Of a stretch of DNA of 64,000 bases, positions 9,840 through 20,272 are shown piece by piece. The stretch covers positions 19,959-83,958 of the forward strand of contig DEII01000121.1 in the NCBI GenBank assembly GCA_002352385.1. Direction: 5' to 3'. The translations under genes were made by a program, and so were the position numbers. This stretch comes from Methylococcaceae bacterium UBA2778 (lineage in GTDB: Bacteria; Pseudomonadota; Gammaproteobacteria; Methylococcales; UBA2778). Within the stretch, counting starts at the first letter, position 1. Each line of letters opens with the position of its first letter. Under the pieces are notes generated by a model, which saw only the letters and a program-made list of their open reading frames with translations, had not been told where the DNA came from and made no database searches.

Positions 9840-9841
9840 GT

Positions 9842-10942
9842 CTAAAACAGCGACATCTGCTGCCCGGCGATCCTCGGCGGGGTAAACAGCTCGGTGTTGA
9901 ACGACGGAGTCTTGCCGAAGCCCAGCCTTTTTGTTGCCAGTCGAAATCGCTGCGCCAGAAGGTCGGCATATGCCCCTTCGCCGCGAAGGCGTTTGCCGAA
10001 AGTGGCATCGTACTCCCTGCCGCCCCGGGTATCGCGAATCCGTTCCATGACGCGCTCGGCCTTGAGCGGCTGGTTGGCGGCGAGCCACTCCTTGAACAGC
10101 ATCCGCGTTTCGTGGGGCAGGCGCAGCAGAACATAGTCCGCGGATTGGGCGCCGGCCACCTTTGCCTCGTCGAGAATGGTTTCCAGCTCGCTGTCGGTCA
10201 GTACCGGGATCAACGGCGCCACCATCACAGACGTGGGTATGCCCGATTCGGCCAGCCGTGCGATGGTCTGCAGCCGGCGCTGAGGCGCCGCCGCCCGCGG
10301 TTCCAGGGTGCGCGCCAGCCGGCGTGAGAGGGTGGTGATGGAAACCGCCACCTGGGCCAATCCATCCCGGGCCATAGCCGTCAGAAGGTCGAGGTCCCGT
10401 TCGATCAGGGACGATTTGGTGACGATGCTGACCGGGTGGTGCGCCTCGCTGAGTACCTCGAGCAGCGAGCGGGTCAATTCAAGCCTGCGTTCAACCGGCT
10501 GATAGGCGTCGGTATTGATGCCCAGCGCCAGCGGCTGGCAGCGGTATTTCGGCGACGCCAGCTCCTCTTTGAGTCGCTCCGGAGCATCGGGCTTGTAGAA
10601 CAGACGGGTTTCGAAATCGAGTCCCGCCGACAGTCCCAGCCATGTATGCGTGGGACGGGCGAAGCAGTAGATGCAACCGTGCTCGCAACCGCGATAGGGG
10701 TTGATCGAGCGGTCGAAGGGCACGTCGGGTGACCGGTTGTAGGTGATGATCTGGCGGGCGGTGTCGACGGTAAGCGTCGTCGGAATCGCTTCGGGGAGTG
10801 TTTCCAGCGTCCCCCAGCCGTCGTCGAACGTTTCATGGCTGCGCGACTCGTAGCGCCCGCTGGGGTTGCTGACCGCAGCCCGGCCTTTTTTGCGCGTTGC
10901 GTCCACGTGATATGATAGAAAATGAGTACCTTGAAATCGCAT
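9842..10942 (-). CDS. PA0069-family radical SAM protein (SplB-like)
   Basis: Carries KKGRAAVSNPSGRYE near the N-terminus and the CxxxCxxC cluster motif (RGCEHGCIYCFAR). The true start may be the downstream GTG near 10906, because the ATG at 10942 leaves almost no divergent intergenic space. Confidence 0.85.
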   Translation of the reverse strand: MRFQGTHFLSYHVDATRKKGRAAVSNPSGRYESRSHETFDDGWGTLETLPEAIPTTLTVDTARQIITYNRSPDVPFDRSINPYRGCEHGCIYCFARPTHTWLGLSAGLDFETRLFYKPDAPERLKEELASPKYRCQPLALGINTDAYQPVERRLELTRSLLEVLSEAHHPVSIVTKSSLIERDLDLLTAMARDGLAQVAVSITTLSRRLARTLEPRAAAPQRRLQTIARLAESGIPTSVMVAPLIPVLTDSELETILDEAKVAGAQSADYVLLRLPHETRMLFKEWLAANQPLKAERVMERIRDTRGGREYDATFGKRLRGEGAYADLLAQRFRLATKRLGFGKTPSFNTELFTPPRIAGQQMSLF

Positions 10943-10974
10943 TCTAACACGTGACTGAAACCGAACAGCCGCCT

Positions 10975-11820
10975 ATGAAATACGTCGGAGCCCATGTCAG
11001 CGCAGCCGGGGGAGTCGAAAATGCCCCGCTGAACGCTCGGAAGATCGGCGCCAAAGCCTTTGCCCTGTTCACTAAGAATCAGCGGCAGTGGCGCGCCAAA
11101 CCTTTGACTGATGAGAGCATCGCAGCGTTCGCGCACAATCTCGACGAAGCTGGTATCTCTCCGACGCAGGTGCTGCCGCATGACAGCTATCTCATTAATC
11201 TGGGACACCCGGAACAGGATGGACTGGAGAAATCGCGCGATGCCTTCGTCGATGAGATGAGGCGCTGCCGGCAGCTCGGTCTGCGGCTGCTCAACTTCCA
11301 TCCAGGCAGCCATCTGAACAAAATCAGCGAGGAGGCCGCCCTGAAACGGGTCGCCGAATCGATCGATCTGGCTCTGGAGGCGACCGACGGCGTCACGGCG
11401 GTCATCGAAACGACTGCGGGGCAGGGAACCAATCTCGGCCACCGGTTCGAACACCTCGCCGCCATCATCGATCAGGTCGAGGAGAAGAGCCGGGTGGGGG
11501 TCTGCATCGATACCTGTCATATCTTCACCGCCGGCTACGACCTGCGGACATCCGAGGACTGCGAGGCCACATTCGCCGAGTTCGATCGGGTGATCGGCTT
11601 TGATTACCTGCGCGGGGTGCACCTGAACGACTCCAAACCGGATCTCGGGGCTCGGGTGGACCGCCATGAAAGTCTTGGCAAAGGGAAGCTGGGGATGGAG
11701 GTTTTTCGCTATCTGATGAACGACAGCCGCTTCGACGACATTCCCATGGTACTGGAAACGGTCGACCCCTCGATCTGGGCGGACGAGATCGAGCTGCTCT
11801 ACTCACTGCAACAGCATTGA
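10975..11820 (+). CDS. nfo: Endonuclease IV
   Basis: [39 protein letters not shown]... matches the canonical Nfo N-terminus, and the AP-endonuclease-2 TIM barrel runs full length. The track ORF begins at a GTG at 10951; I prefer the ATG at 10975, which gives the conserved MKY start. Confidence 0.9.
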   Translation: MKYVGAHVSAAGGVENAPLNARKIGAKAFALFTKNQRQWRAKPLTDESIAAFAHNLDEAGISPTQVLPHDSYLINLGHPEQDGLEKSRDAFVDEMRRCRQLGLRLLNFHPGSHLNKISEEAALKRVAESIDLALEATDGVTAVIETTAGQGTNLGHRFEHLAAIIDQVEEKSRVGVCIDTCHIFTAGYDLRTSEDCEATFAEFDRVIGFDYLRGVHLNDSKPDLGARVDRHESLGKGKLGMEVFRYLMNDSRFDDIPMVLETVDPSIWADEIELLYSLQQH

Positions 11821-12001
11821 ACAAGGTAGCTGCCGCACAGCCAGAGCCGGCACGGTGATTTGATATTGCTTCGGCATGATAGTATATTTCATTCATGAGT
11901 ATTGCCTCATGCCGGCGTCGACAACTTAAGGACGCTCTCAATGGTTGCGCACTATCATGATTGATTCAGGTGAGAGCGAAAGTAGGAGTGATCAATAGCT
12001 G

Positions 12002-12559
12002 ATGGCTACCATAGAACCAATCGATCATGATCAGCAGCAGCACGTCATCATCCGCACTGCAGACTTTTTTCGCCGGGCCGGGACGGTGTTCAATCGCCCG
12101 TTCCAAGTCATTCCGGTTGTATTCAATCTCACCGGCCGCGCAGCCGGAATGTACCGGGTCAGCAAAAGGCAGCGCCAGATCCGTTACAACCCATACATAT
12201 TCGCCAAATATTTCGATGACAATCTGGCCGTTACGGTGCCGCACGAGGTGGCGCATTACATCACGGATATCGTATACGGGTTGAGCAACATCCGGCCGCA
12301 CGGGGCCGAGTGGCAGGCGGTGATGCAGGCTTTTGGAGCCGACGCCAGTCGTACCTGTTCCTATGATCTCGAAGGCGTGCCGGTCAGAACCCACAAGCGT
12401 TACGCCTATCGATGCAGCTGCACCACGCATCAGCTGACGACCCGCCGACACAACAACGTGCGCCGCGGCAAAGCCCGTTATTACTGCCGCTACTGCGGTG
12501 AGGAACTCGCGTTATCGACCCCCGGCGAAATCCACATAAAGGCCGGTCAATTCAAGTAG
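12002..12559 (+). CDS. sprT: SprT-family zinc metalloprotease-like protein
   Basis: 185 aa with the HEVAH metal motif (VTVPHEVAHYI) and a C-terminal Cys-rich zinc ribbon (YRCSC...YYCRYCG). Confidence 0.8.
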   Translation: MATIEPIDHDQQQHVIIRTADFFRRAGTVFNRPFQVIPVVFNLTGRAAGMYRVSKRQRQIRYNPYIFAKYFDDNLAVTVPHEVAHYITDIVYGLSNIRPHGAEWQAVMQAFGADASRTCSYDLEGVPVRTHKRYAYRCSCTTHQLTTRRHNNVRRGKARYYCRYCGEELALSTPGEIHIKAGQFK

Positions 12560-12587
12560 AGGGGACTTGACTGAGCAACCGTAAATC

Positions 12588-12998
12588 TCAAAAATCACGA
12601 TTGGACAGGCGGGTCGCCAGTTCGACAAAATGCCGGTCGCAATAATAACGAATCCCCTGCTGGCGACCAAAGAACGGTACTAATGAATTGACTGTCAGCA
12701 GGCCTTTATCGACGACATCCTCCAACAGCGGAATCAATGTCTTTTGGGTGAAGCGCCTGCTGTGATCGTCTTGGATCTTTAAGGCGTTCAGACACTGGAC
12801 GATTTCCCCCGGGAAGGCTGGCTTATAGACCACCGAAAGCAGTTGAACGATCTGCTTCTGCAGCGCCGTGAGCGTGTGATAGGTGCGGGCCAGCTGTGTG
12901 CGTGTTTTTGGATGAGCCATGCAAAAAAGGACGCGGGCTAAAATAGCTGGTTCCAGCGACAAGCAGCGGCATTCTGCCGGGATCGGTCGAAATCGCAT
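12588..12998 (-). CDS. Hypothetical protein
   Basis: 136-aa ORF. A likelier start is the internal MAHPKTRTQLARTY at 12920. No domain recognised. Confidence 0.4.
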   Translation of the reverse strand: MRFRPIPAECRCLSLEPAILARVLFCMAHPKTRTQLARTYHTLTALQKQIVQLLSVVYKPAFPGEIVQCLNALKIQDDHSRRFTQKTLIPLLEDVVDKGLLTVNSLVPFFGRQQGIRYYCDRHFVELATRLSNRDF

Positions 12999-13099
12999 GA
13001 ACGATTTGTCATCGGCAGGCGGAAAATATTATCATCTGGTTACAGTTATGGAACTCTGAACGCACCATTGTACCGTCACCGCGAAAACAGTCCACCAAA

Positions 13100-14008
13100 A
13101 TGAGCGCACCGGATATCGAGGAAGTCAAAAAATACCTGCTTGGCCTGCAGGAGAGCATCTGTCAGTCATTGGAGCAAGAGGAAGCGCGTGTCCGTTTCGA
13201 AGAGGATGTCTGGGACTATGCCGGCGGCGGGGGTGGCAGAACCCGAATTATTCGTTCAGGGGAGGTCATCGAACAGGGCGGGGTGAACTTTTCGCATGTG
13301 CATGGTGATCGGCTCCCGGCTTCCGCCGCAGCGCAGCGGCCGCAATTGGCCGGCCGCCGGTTTCAGGCGGTTGGGGTCTCTTTGGTGATTCACCCTCTGA
13401 ACCCCTATGTCCCCACATCCCATGCCAATGTGCGTTTTTTTATCGCTGAAAAGGACGATGAGCCGGCCATCTGGTGGTTCGGCGGCGGCTTCGACATGAC
13501 GCCTTTTTATCCGTTCGAGGAGGATGTCATCCATTGGCATCGGACGGCGCGCAAAGCCTGCCTGCCATTCGGCGATATGGTCTACCCGAAATTCAAGCGT
13601 TGGTGTGACGACTATTTCTTCATCAAACACCGAAACGAGACCCGCGGGGTCGGCGGCCTTTTTTTCGACGATCTGAACGAATGGGAGTTCGAGCGCTGCT
13701 TCGATTTTTTGCGCAGCGTCGGCGACCATTATATCCCTGGATATCTGCCGATTTTACAGCGCAGAAAAAACCATTCTTATGGTCAGCGGCAACGCGACTT
13801 TCAATGTTATCGTCGCGGCCGTTATGTCGAGTTCAATCTGGTATACGACCGGGGCACTCTGTTCGGGCTGCAATCAGGCGGCAGAACCGAGTCGATACTC
13901 ATGTCGCTGCCGCCTGTTGCACACTGGCGCTACAACTGGCAGCCGGAGTCCGGCAGCGCCGAAGAGGCGCTCTATCAAAACTACCTCAAACCGAAAGAGT
14001 GGCTATGA
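13100..14008 (+). CDS. hemF: Oxygen-dependent coproporphyrinogen III oxidase
   Basis: 302 aa. Motifs [36 protein letters not shown] and [16 protein letters not shown] are diagnostic of HemF. Confidence 0.92.
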   Translation: MSAPDIEEVKKYLLGLQESICQSLEQEEARVRFEEDVWDYAGGGGGRTRIIRSGEVIEQGGVNFSHVHGDRLPASAAAQRPQLAGRRFQAVGVSLVIHPLNPYVPTSHANVRFFIAEKDDEPAIWWFGGGFDMTPFYPFEEDVIHWHRTARKACLPFGDMVYPKFKRWCDDYFFIKHRNETRGVGGLFFDDLNEWEFERCFDFLRSVGDHYIPGYLPILQRRKNHSYGQRQRDFQCYRRGRYVEFNLVYDRGTLFGLQSGGRTESILMSLPPVAHWRYNWQPESGSAEEALYQNYLKPKEWL

Positions 14009-14662
14009 CTCGGTTCTGTTCGTTTTGATTGCGGCGGTATTTCGCTCCGCCAAGCGCTGGATAACACTGTCCAGAGAGCCGGTTTTAGCCACTTCATTTT
14101 TGAATGTGGTGCGGTAATTGGTCACCAGGCTGATGCCTTCGATGATGATGTCGTAGACCTTCCAGCCGCCTTTTTTATTGATCATGCGGTAGTTCACCGC
14201 GACCGGCCGTGCACCGGGTTGCAGAATTTGCGTTTTGACGATGACCTTCCTGTCGTCCGGTTTCATGCGCAGCGGCAGGTAGCGGATCGACCACGAAGAA
14301 TATTCGGTGAACGCAGCTGCGTAGGTGCGTATCAAGAGCTCCCTGAACTCTTTCCTGAACCGTTCCCTTTGATCGGGGCTCGCCCGCTTCCAGTTCTTGC
14401 CGAGGACCAGTGCAGAAACGCGGTTGAAGTCGACATGCGGGTCGATCACCTTTTCGACGAAGCGCTTGGCTTGCGCGAAGTCCCCCTTCATCTCCTTGCT
14501 TTTCAGTTCCTGCTGCAGCTTGTCCGAGGTTTCCTTGATGATTTGTTGCGGCGGCAACAGCGACTCCTCCGCTTGAACTTGTGCTGCCCCGAATGCGGCC
14601 AGACAAAGGCAGAGAAACGCGTGCAGGGCGGGTGTGCCGCTCAAGAAATGTTTTAGTTTCAT
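14003..14662 (-). CDS. MlaC/Ttg2D-family phospholipid-binding periplasmic protein
   Basis: 219 aa with a signal peptide, then [32 protein letters not shown] and [16 protein letters not shown], both typical of the toluene-tolerance Ttg2D/MlaC family. No other mla genes are adjacent. Confidence 0.8.
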   Translation of the reverse strand: MKLKHFLSGTPALHAFLCLCLAAFGAAQVQAEESLLPPQQIIKETSDKLQQELKSKEMKGDFAQAKRFVEKVIDPHVDFNRVSALVLGKNWKRASPDQRERFRKEFRELLIRTYAAAFTEYSSWSIRYLPLRMKPDDRKVIVKTQILQPGARPVAVNYRMINKKGGWKVYDIIIEGISLVTNYRTTFKNEVAKTGSLDSVIQRLAERNTAAIKTNRTES

Positions 14663-14736
14663 CGATAGACTCCTGTAAAATGTTTCGAAGCGTTTTTTTG
14701 CTTACGACAAACCCGATGCGAATGCCGGGACGATAA

Positions 14737-15813
<1,077 letters not shown>

Positions 15814-15871
15814 CGAATCTGTCACTTCGCACATCAATCATCAATTTATTCGATACTGAAAGGGGGAAATA

Positions 15872-16429
15872 ATGTCAAAACCAGAAACAGACAGCCCGAA
15901 TGACACTGTCTCAAACAAACGAAAGTTCCAGGTCGAGGAGGCTGTGCTTATTTTACTGCTTATCTTCTCGCTGGCGGGTGTCGGAATTACCAGTTTTTCC
16001 GCCATCGACGGCTACTGGTATTGGATGGCCATGATCTTCGTCTTTGGGCTCTCGGCCATGCTGCTCGGCTTTACCAAGGCCAAACAGGGGGACCATCTGG
16101 TTCGCGAGCTGTGGGCGGTGCAGTCGCTCCATTGGCTCGGCGTGATAGCCGTCGTCGGCGCGGTGTTTTCACTGCTGCATGCCGGCATGCTGGAAGAAGA
16201 CAGTACCGGCTTGGTCATTCTGCTGATTTTGGCATTGGCCACCTATCTCGACGGCATCCGTCTGGGCTGGCGTTTCAGCATGGTCGGGGTTTTTCTTGCC
16301 ATCACCGCCGTGACTGTGGCTCATATAGACGAATTCATGTGGGTGATCATACCACTTGCCTTGGTCATTGTGGCATTCACCATTTACTGGGGAAAGCGGC
16401 GGGCAAAAAGACGCTCCGAGAATGTCTGA
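15872..16429 (+). CDS. Hypothetical multi-pass membrane protein
   Basis: 185 aa with 5-6 hydrophobic helices. Its stop overlaps the aroE start by 8 nt, suggesting co-translation. Confidence 0.55.
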   Translation: MSKPETDSPNDTVSNKRKFQVEEAVLILLLIFSLAGVGITSFSAIDGYWYWMAMIFVFGLSAMLLGFTKAKQGDHLVRELWAVQSLHWLGVIAVVGAVFSLLHAGMLEEDSTGLVILLILALATYLDGIRLGWRFSMVGVFLAITAVTVAHIDEFMWVIIPLALVIVAFTIYWGKRRAKRRSENV

Positions 16430-17243
16430 CTACGATCGCTACGCGGTCTTCGGACACCCTATCGGGCACAGTCGATCTCCCACGATTCATCGCCATTTCG
16501 CCGAACAGACCGGTCAGGCGAATATGCGGTACACGGCGCAGGACGTGACGGCCGAAACGTTCGATCAAGCGGTCGAACGTTTTTTCGGTGAGGGCGGAAA
16601 AGGATTGAACTGCACCGTGCCGCTCAAAGAGTTGGCATGGTCCATCGCTGACCGCAGAAGCGAGCGCGCGAAGCGCTGCCGGGCCGTCAATACACTGGCA
16701 ATGCAGGATGGTGCGCTGTATGGCGACAATACCGACGGCATCGGGCTGGTGCGCGATCTGACAGTAAACCAGCAGATGACCCTGACCGGAAAGAGCATTC
16801 TGATCCTGGGGGCCGGCGGAGCAAGCCGGGGCATACTCGGACCACTGCTGGAGCAACGTCCGAAACGGCTGGTGATTGCCAACCGCACCGTGGCCAAGGC
16901 GGTCGATCTGGCCGAATCGTATCGGGACATGGGCGAGGTTGCCCCCAGCAGCTTTGCCGATCTCGAAGGACAGAGCTTCGACCTGATCTTCAACGCCACC
17001 GCCGCCAGCCTCCACGGCGCCTTGCCGCCTCTGCCCGACGGCATCATCGCCGCCTCCGGCTGCTGTTACGATTTGGCTTACGGCTCTCAGCCGACCGCCT
17101 TCGTCCGCTGGGGGCAGCAGCAACACGCCGCTCGAAGCCTGGACGGTCTCGGCATGCTGGTCGAACAGGCCGCCGAGACATTCCTGCTCTGGCGCGGCGT
17201 CCGACCTGAAACCGCTCCCGTGATCGAGTATCTGCGCCGCTGA
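16422..17243 (+). CDS. aroE: Shikimate dehydrogenase
   Basis: The internal ATG at 16422 gives MSDYDRYAVFGHPIGHSRSPTIHRHFAEQTG, the canonical AroE N-terminus, followed by GLNCTVPLKE, NTDGIG and the GAGGASRG NADP motif. The track ORF start at 16356 lies inside the upstream gene. Confidence 0.9.
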   Translation: MSDYDRYAVFGHPIGHSRSPTIHRHFAEQTGQANMRYTAQDVTAETFDQAVERFFGEGGKGLNCTVPLKELAWSIADRRSERAKRCRAVNTLAMQDGALYGDNTDGIGLVRDLTVNQQMTLTGKSILILGAGGASRGILGPLLEQRPKRLVIANRTVAKAVDLAESYRDMGEVAPSSFADLEGQSFDLIFNATAASLHGALPPLPDGIIAASGCCYDLAYGSQPTAFVRWGQQQHAARSLDGLGMLVEQAAETFLLWRGVRPETAPVIEYLRR

Positions 17244-17255
17244 AGCCGGCGGTCT

Positions 17256-17293
17256 CCCGTAGGTTGCGGTTGAGGAACGAAACTCAACAAAAC
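17256..17293. repeat. REP-like hairpin element (GTAGGTTG...GTTGAGGAACGAAACTCAAC)
   Basis: CCCGTAGGTTGCGGTTGAGGAACGAAACTCAACAAAAC lies between convergent aroE and the dipeptidase gene, with the stem GTTGAG/CTCAAC. A related CCGTAGGGTGGATGCC...GGCGATCCGCC unit occurs at 9741-9778. Confidence 0.5.
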
Positions 17294-17378
17294 AGCTTCG
17301 ATACGTGCCTAACCGTTGAGTTGATCTTCCACATATCGAGTTCCCGGCCGGGCGGCTCGCCGGTTGCTCCTGCCGAGA

Positions 17379-18101
17379 TCACTCTTCCAGTGATTCGACG
17401 ACGAAATCGAAATAGGTATCGGGATACGGTTCGTTCTTCAAGGTGAAGTGCCACCACTCTTTCGGAAAGTTTCGAAACCCGTTTTCTTGCATGACTTCCA
17501 GCAGCCGCAGACGGTTCAAGCGCTGGACCGTGGTGACAAACGGGCTGTCGGTGTGAGAACGACGATCGAAATAATCGAACGTCGTGCCCATATCGACCGG
17601 CTGCCATTCGGTGAAGCCGCTGTTTTGGTAAGATCGGACCAGACCGACATCCACCGTACTCCCACGGCTGTGGCTGGACCGCTCCGCAATATAACCCTGC
17701 TTGAATAATTCGGACTTGCGCACGTTCGGATAATAGGCTGTTTTCGTTTTCCGGTCCGAACGATCCGCCGCCCAGCGGACGAAATGATACACCGCGCGCT
17801 GCGGCCGATAGCAGTCATAAACGATCAAAGCCAATCCGCGGGATCGAAGAATCCGATTGATTCGCACCAGGCGCGTCGCAGTCGGTCGCGTGAGCAGGCA
17901 AATGGGCGCCTCATACCCATCGATGGGCGTGCCGACAAAATTGTCGGGGCCGGCATATCGCATATCGAGCATGATGGTCGGGTCCAATTCGGTCAGCGAA
18001 ACAAAAGTCTGTCGCTCTTTCGGAATGCTACTGCAGCCGGCCAAGCCCAAGAAGACTGCTGCCAACGCCGACAGGAACAGAGCACACAATCTGAATCGCA
18101 T
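17379..18101 (-). CDS. D-alanyl-D-alanine dipeptidase (VanX/DdpX, peptidase M15D), lipoprotein
   Basis: 240 aa with a lipobox (FLGLAGCSS). Carries RYAGPDNFVG, the SSHSRGSTVDV zinc site and a C-terminal EWWHFT motif. Confidence 0.85.
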   Translation of the reverse strand: MRFRLCALFLSALAAVFLGLAGCSSIPKERQTFVSLTELDPTIMLDMRYAGPDNFVGTPIDGYEAPICLLTRPTATRLVRINRILRSRGLALIVYDCYRPQRAVYHFVRWAADRSDRKTKTAYYPNVRKSELFKQGYIAERSSHSRGSTVDVGLVRSYQNSGFTEWQPVDMGTTFDYFDRRSHTDSPFVTTVQRLNRLRLLEVMQENGFRNFPKEWWHFTLKNEPYPDTYFDFVVESLEE

Positions 18102-18156
18102 GGTGCTACGGGGTTTTCTTCGATATCAGCTGGTCGAGGATCAGTCCGTGAATCAG

Positions 18157-18320
18157 CGTTCCCCCGCAGCTCCTGGTGACGAGGCTCTGCCTCGGCGCCT
18201 TACCCTGCGGCTCCGCCGCATCATCAATTGCTGAGCCGCTGCCAGGCGGGCATTGGCCTCCCGTTGGCCTCTGCTCCCGGTTTCCCGTGGCGGAGCCTCG
18301 GTGCCAGAAAAAAAAGAGGT
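18157..18320 (-). repeat. About 150-nt dispersed intergenic element, copy A (inverted relative to copy B)
   Basis: The reverse complement (...CTCTTTTTTTTCTGGCACCGAGGCTCCGCC...GGGAGCAGAGGCCAACGGGAGGCCAATGCCCGCCTGGCAGCGGCTCAGCAATTGATGATGCGGCGGAGCCGCAGGGTAAGGCGCCGAGG) aligns by eye with 25027-25180. The track's spurious peptides from the two loci are also similar (EQRPTGGQCPPGSGS vs EQRPTSGQCRQGSGS). Confidence 0.7.
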
Positions 18321-18396
18321 TGCACTGCATGCAGCATAGGGGGGGGTGAGGTTTAAGCGCCGCCGGATCGAACAGCGGTCCGGTCTCAAACAACCG

Positions 18397-19146
18397 TCAA
18401 TGCAGCGTCACATCCTTGCCGCCCGCCCCACAACATTTTTTGTATTTCTTGCCGCTGCCGCAGGGGTCGTTGCGGCCGACTTTGTCCGTGCCCACAGGGG
18501 ATGTCGGCGGCGCTCCCATTTTCCGCCGGTATTCATCCAGGGCGTCGCCAAACATCTGGATGTTCTCCACCGCCAGCGGTACCAGCGTAATCAAGCGGGC
18601 GAGCATGCCCAGCTTGAACTCCTCGTCACTCATATCTTCCGGAAAGTCGGCCTTGATCGTGTCGAAATTGTCCATTGCGTCGAAATCTTCCTCCACCAGT
18701 GCCTGAATGATGCCGACGCTGTTGACCACCGGGCCCGACTCCTCGTTCAAATCCTCGGCGACGATGCCGCTCGTCCAGATATCGATGCGCAGCCTCAGCC
18801 CCTGCAAAAAACCGTAGCACCACTCCATCAATGGCTCCAGGTCCGCCTCGCTCAGCCGGCTCATGTCATAGGGGTAGTGCAGTTTCTTTTGCAGGCGCAG
18901 CATATTGTAATGATTGTAGGCATTCATAAGCGCGCCCATTAGCGTATTGGCCAGCTCGATATCGGCGAATTCGGGCATCTCGCCGTCGAAGATCTCGGGC
19001 AGCCATTGGCTGGGAGGGATGATACCGGGTGTAATGGCAACCGCATAGAGGTAGCCTTCCAGTTCATCGATGCTCATGCGCTCAGCCGGAGTCGCCGCCG
19101 CAGCGAACAGTTTTTCCAGCTCGTGCCGGTTGGATTTGGTCAACAT
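18397..19146 (-). CDS. YecA/UPF0149-family protein with C-terminal SEC-C metal-binding motif
   Basis: C-terminus GRNDPCGSGKKYKKCCG is a SEC-C motif, and the N-terminal ELEGYLYAVAITPG fits the UPF0149 family. An alternative start at 19191 would add 15 aa. Confidence 0.8.
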   Translation of the reverse strand: MLTKSNRHELEKLFAAAATPAERMSIDELEGYLYAVAITPGIIPPSQWLPEIFDGEMPEFADIELANTLMGALMNAYNHYNMLRLQKKLHYPYDMSRLSEADLEPLMEWCYGFLQGLRLRIDIWTSGIVAEDLNEESGPVVNSVGIIQALVEEDFDAMDNFDTIKADFPEDMSDEEFKLGMLARLITLVPLAVENIQMFGDALDEYRRKMGAPPTSPVGTDKVGRNDPCGSGKKYKKCCGAGGKDVTLH

Positions 19147-19524
19147 CGTTTCTTTCTCTCGGGTTGTCGAGCCGTGTATGTCGTGCAGCATGAGCCGCGG
19201 CTGGAGCGTTGCGCCTCCGCTTTCGGTTTCTATCCGATCGGTGAGCGGTCGTCCGGATGGCTCGGCGTCTGCGACGACCGCAGACGATCATTATGACAAC
19301 AATCAATCGGCCGATCAAAGACAGTCGGGGGTCAGGCAGTCCGAAAACGGGATGGATGCCTGACGATGCCTCGATTTCAACAGCGAAAACGATTTATGCT
19401 ATAGTGAAGCTGCTCGAGCTTTTCCGGGTGGCCGGCGCGTCACGAGCAGTTGCCCTGGAAGAAAAAATCGCACCGAAAGGCAGGCTGCACGGCGGTTCCC
19501 GCGCCTTGTACAAATGAAAAATCC

Positions 19525-19818
19525 ATGATGGAAATCACCTTTTCACAACGCATTGCCGCACCCGACGGTGTGCTTATCCAGATGCTCGACGGCGAGGCCG
19601 TCCTGCTCAATCTGGACACCGAATCCTATTTCGGTCTGGACGAGGTAGGCGCTCGCATGTGGACGCTGCTGACCGAATCGGACTCGATCCAAACGGCCTA
19701 TGAGGCCCTGCTGAAGGAGTACGATGTTACGCCGGAGCAGCTGCGCGCTGATCTGATCGGTCTGATCGATCGCTTGGCGGAGCAAGGGTTGATCAAGCTC
19801 GATGCGACGATGGAATGA
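19525..19818 (+). CDS. PqqD-family RiPP recognition protein (lasso peptide B1)
   Basis: 97 aa from the ATG at 19525: MMEITFSQRIAAPDGVLIQMLDGEAVLLNLDTESYFGLDEVGARMWTLL... is a typical PqqD/RRE fold sequence. Overlaps the downstream B2 gene by 17 nt. Confidence 0.85.
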   Translation: MMEITFSQRIAAPDGVLIQMLDGEAVLLNLDTESYFGLDEVGARMWTLLTESDSIQTAYEALLKEYDVTPEQLRADLIGLIDRLAEQGLIKLDATME

Positions 19819-20272
19819 ATGCCGGGCTCTGTCTGGCCGGGAAAAACGCTTTCTGTTCGCCGCCTTCATCGTGCAGTCGCTGATCATTCCGGCGCTGCGA
19901 ATCTGGGGTTTTCGGCGGGTCCACGCCTTTCTGCACCGAACGGCGCCAAAGCCACACGCTCTGCCGTCGACGCAGGCAGGGGACGAGCATCCAGGCATCG
20001 AAGAGCTCAGAAACCTCGGGCACTTGGTCAACGCAGCGGCCAATAATAGCCCCATCCGCACCGCCTGCCTCACGCGCTCCCTGGCGCTCTGGTGGTTGCT
20101 GCGGTGCCGGGGGATCGCCTGCGATCTGCGCATCGGTGTCAGTAATGACTCGGGCGAGTTCTCGGCCCATGCGTGGGTGGAATACGAGGGGGCGGTGATC
20201 AATGACAGTCCCGGGTCGATTGGGCGGTTTGCGGCTTTCGATGGGGGCTTGTCCCCTTTAGAGCGGTTATGA
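19802..20272 (+). CDS. Lasso peptide leader protease (B2, transglutaminase-like Cys protease)
   Basis: 156 aa with CLTRSLALWWLL (catalytic Cys region) and FSAHAWVEYEGAVIND (His region), as in lasso B-protein C-terminal domains. ATGA overlap with the cyclase gene. Confidence 0.85.
   Translation: MRRWNECRALSGREKRFLFAAFIVQSLIIPALRIWGFRRVHAFLHRTAPKPHALPSTQAGDEHPGIEELRNLGHLVNAAANNSPIRTACLTRSLALWWLLRCRGIACDLRIGVSNDSGEFSAHAWVEYEGAVINDSPGSIGRFAAFDGGLSPLERL

Noticed and set aside
10474-11667. 397-aa minus-strand ORF spanning nfo and the radical-SAM gene
   Set aside because: It crosses two well-supported genes on different strands and has no recognisable domain, so it is an artefact of high GC.
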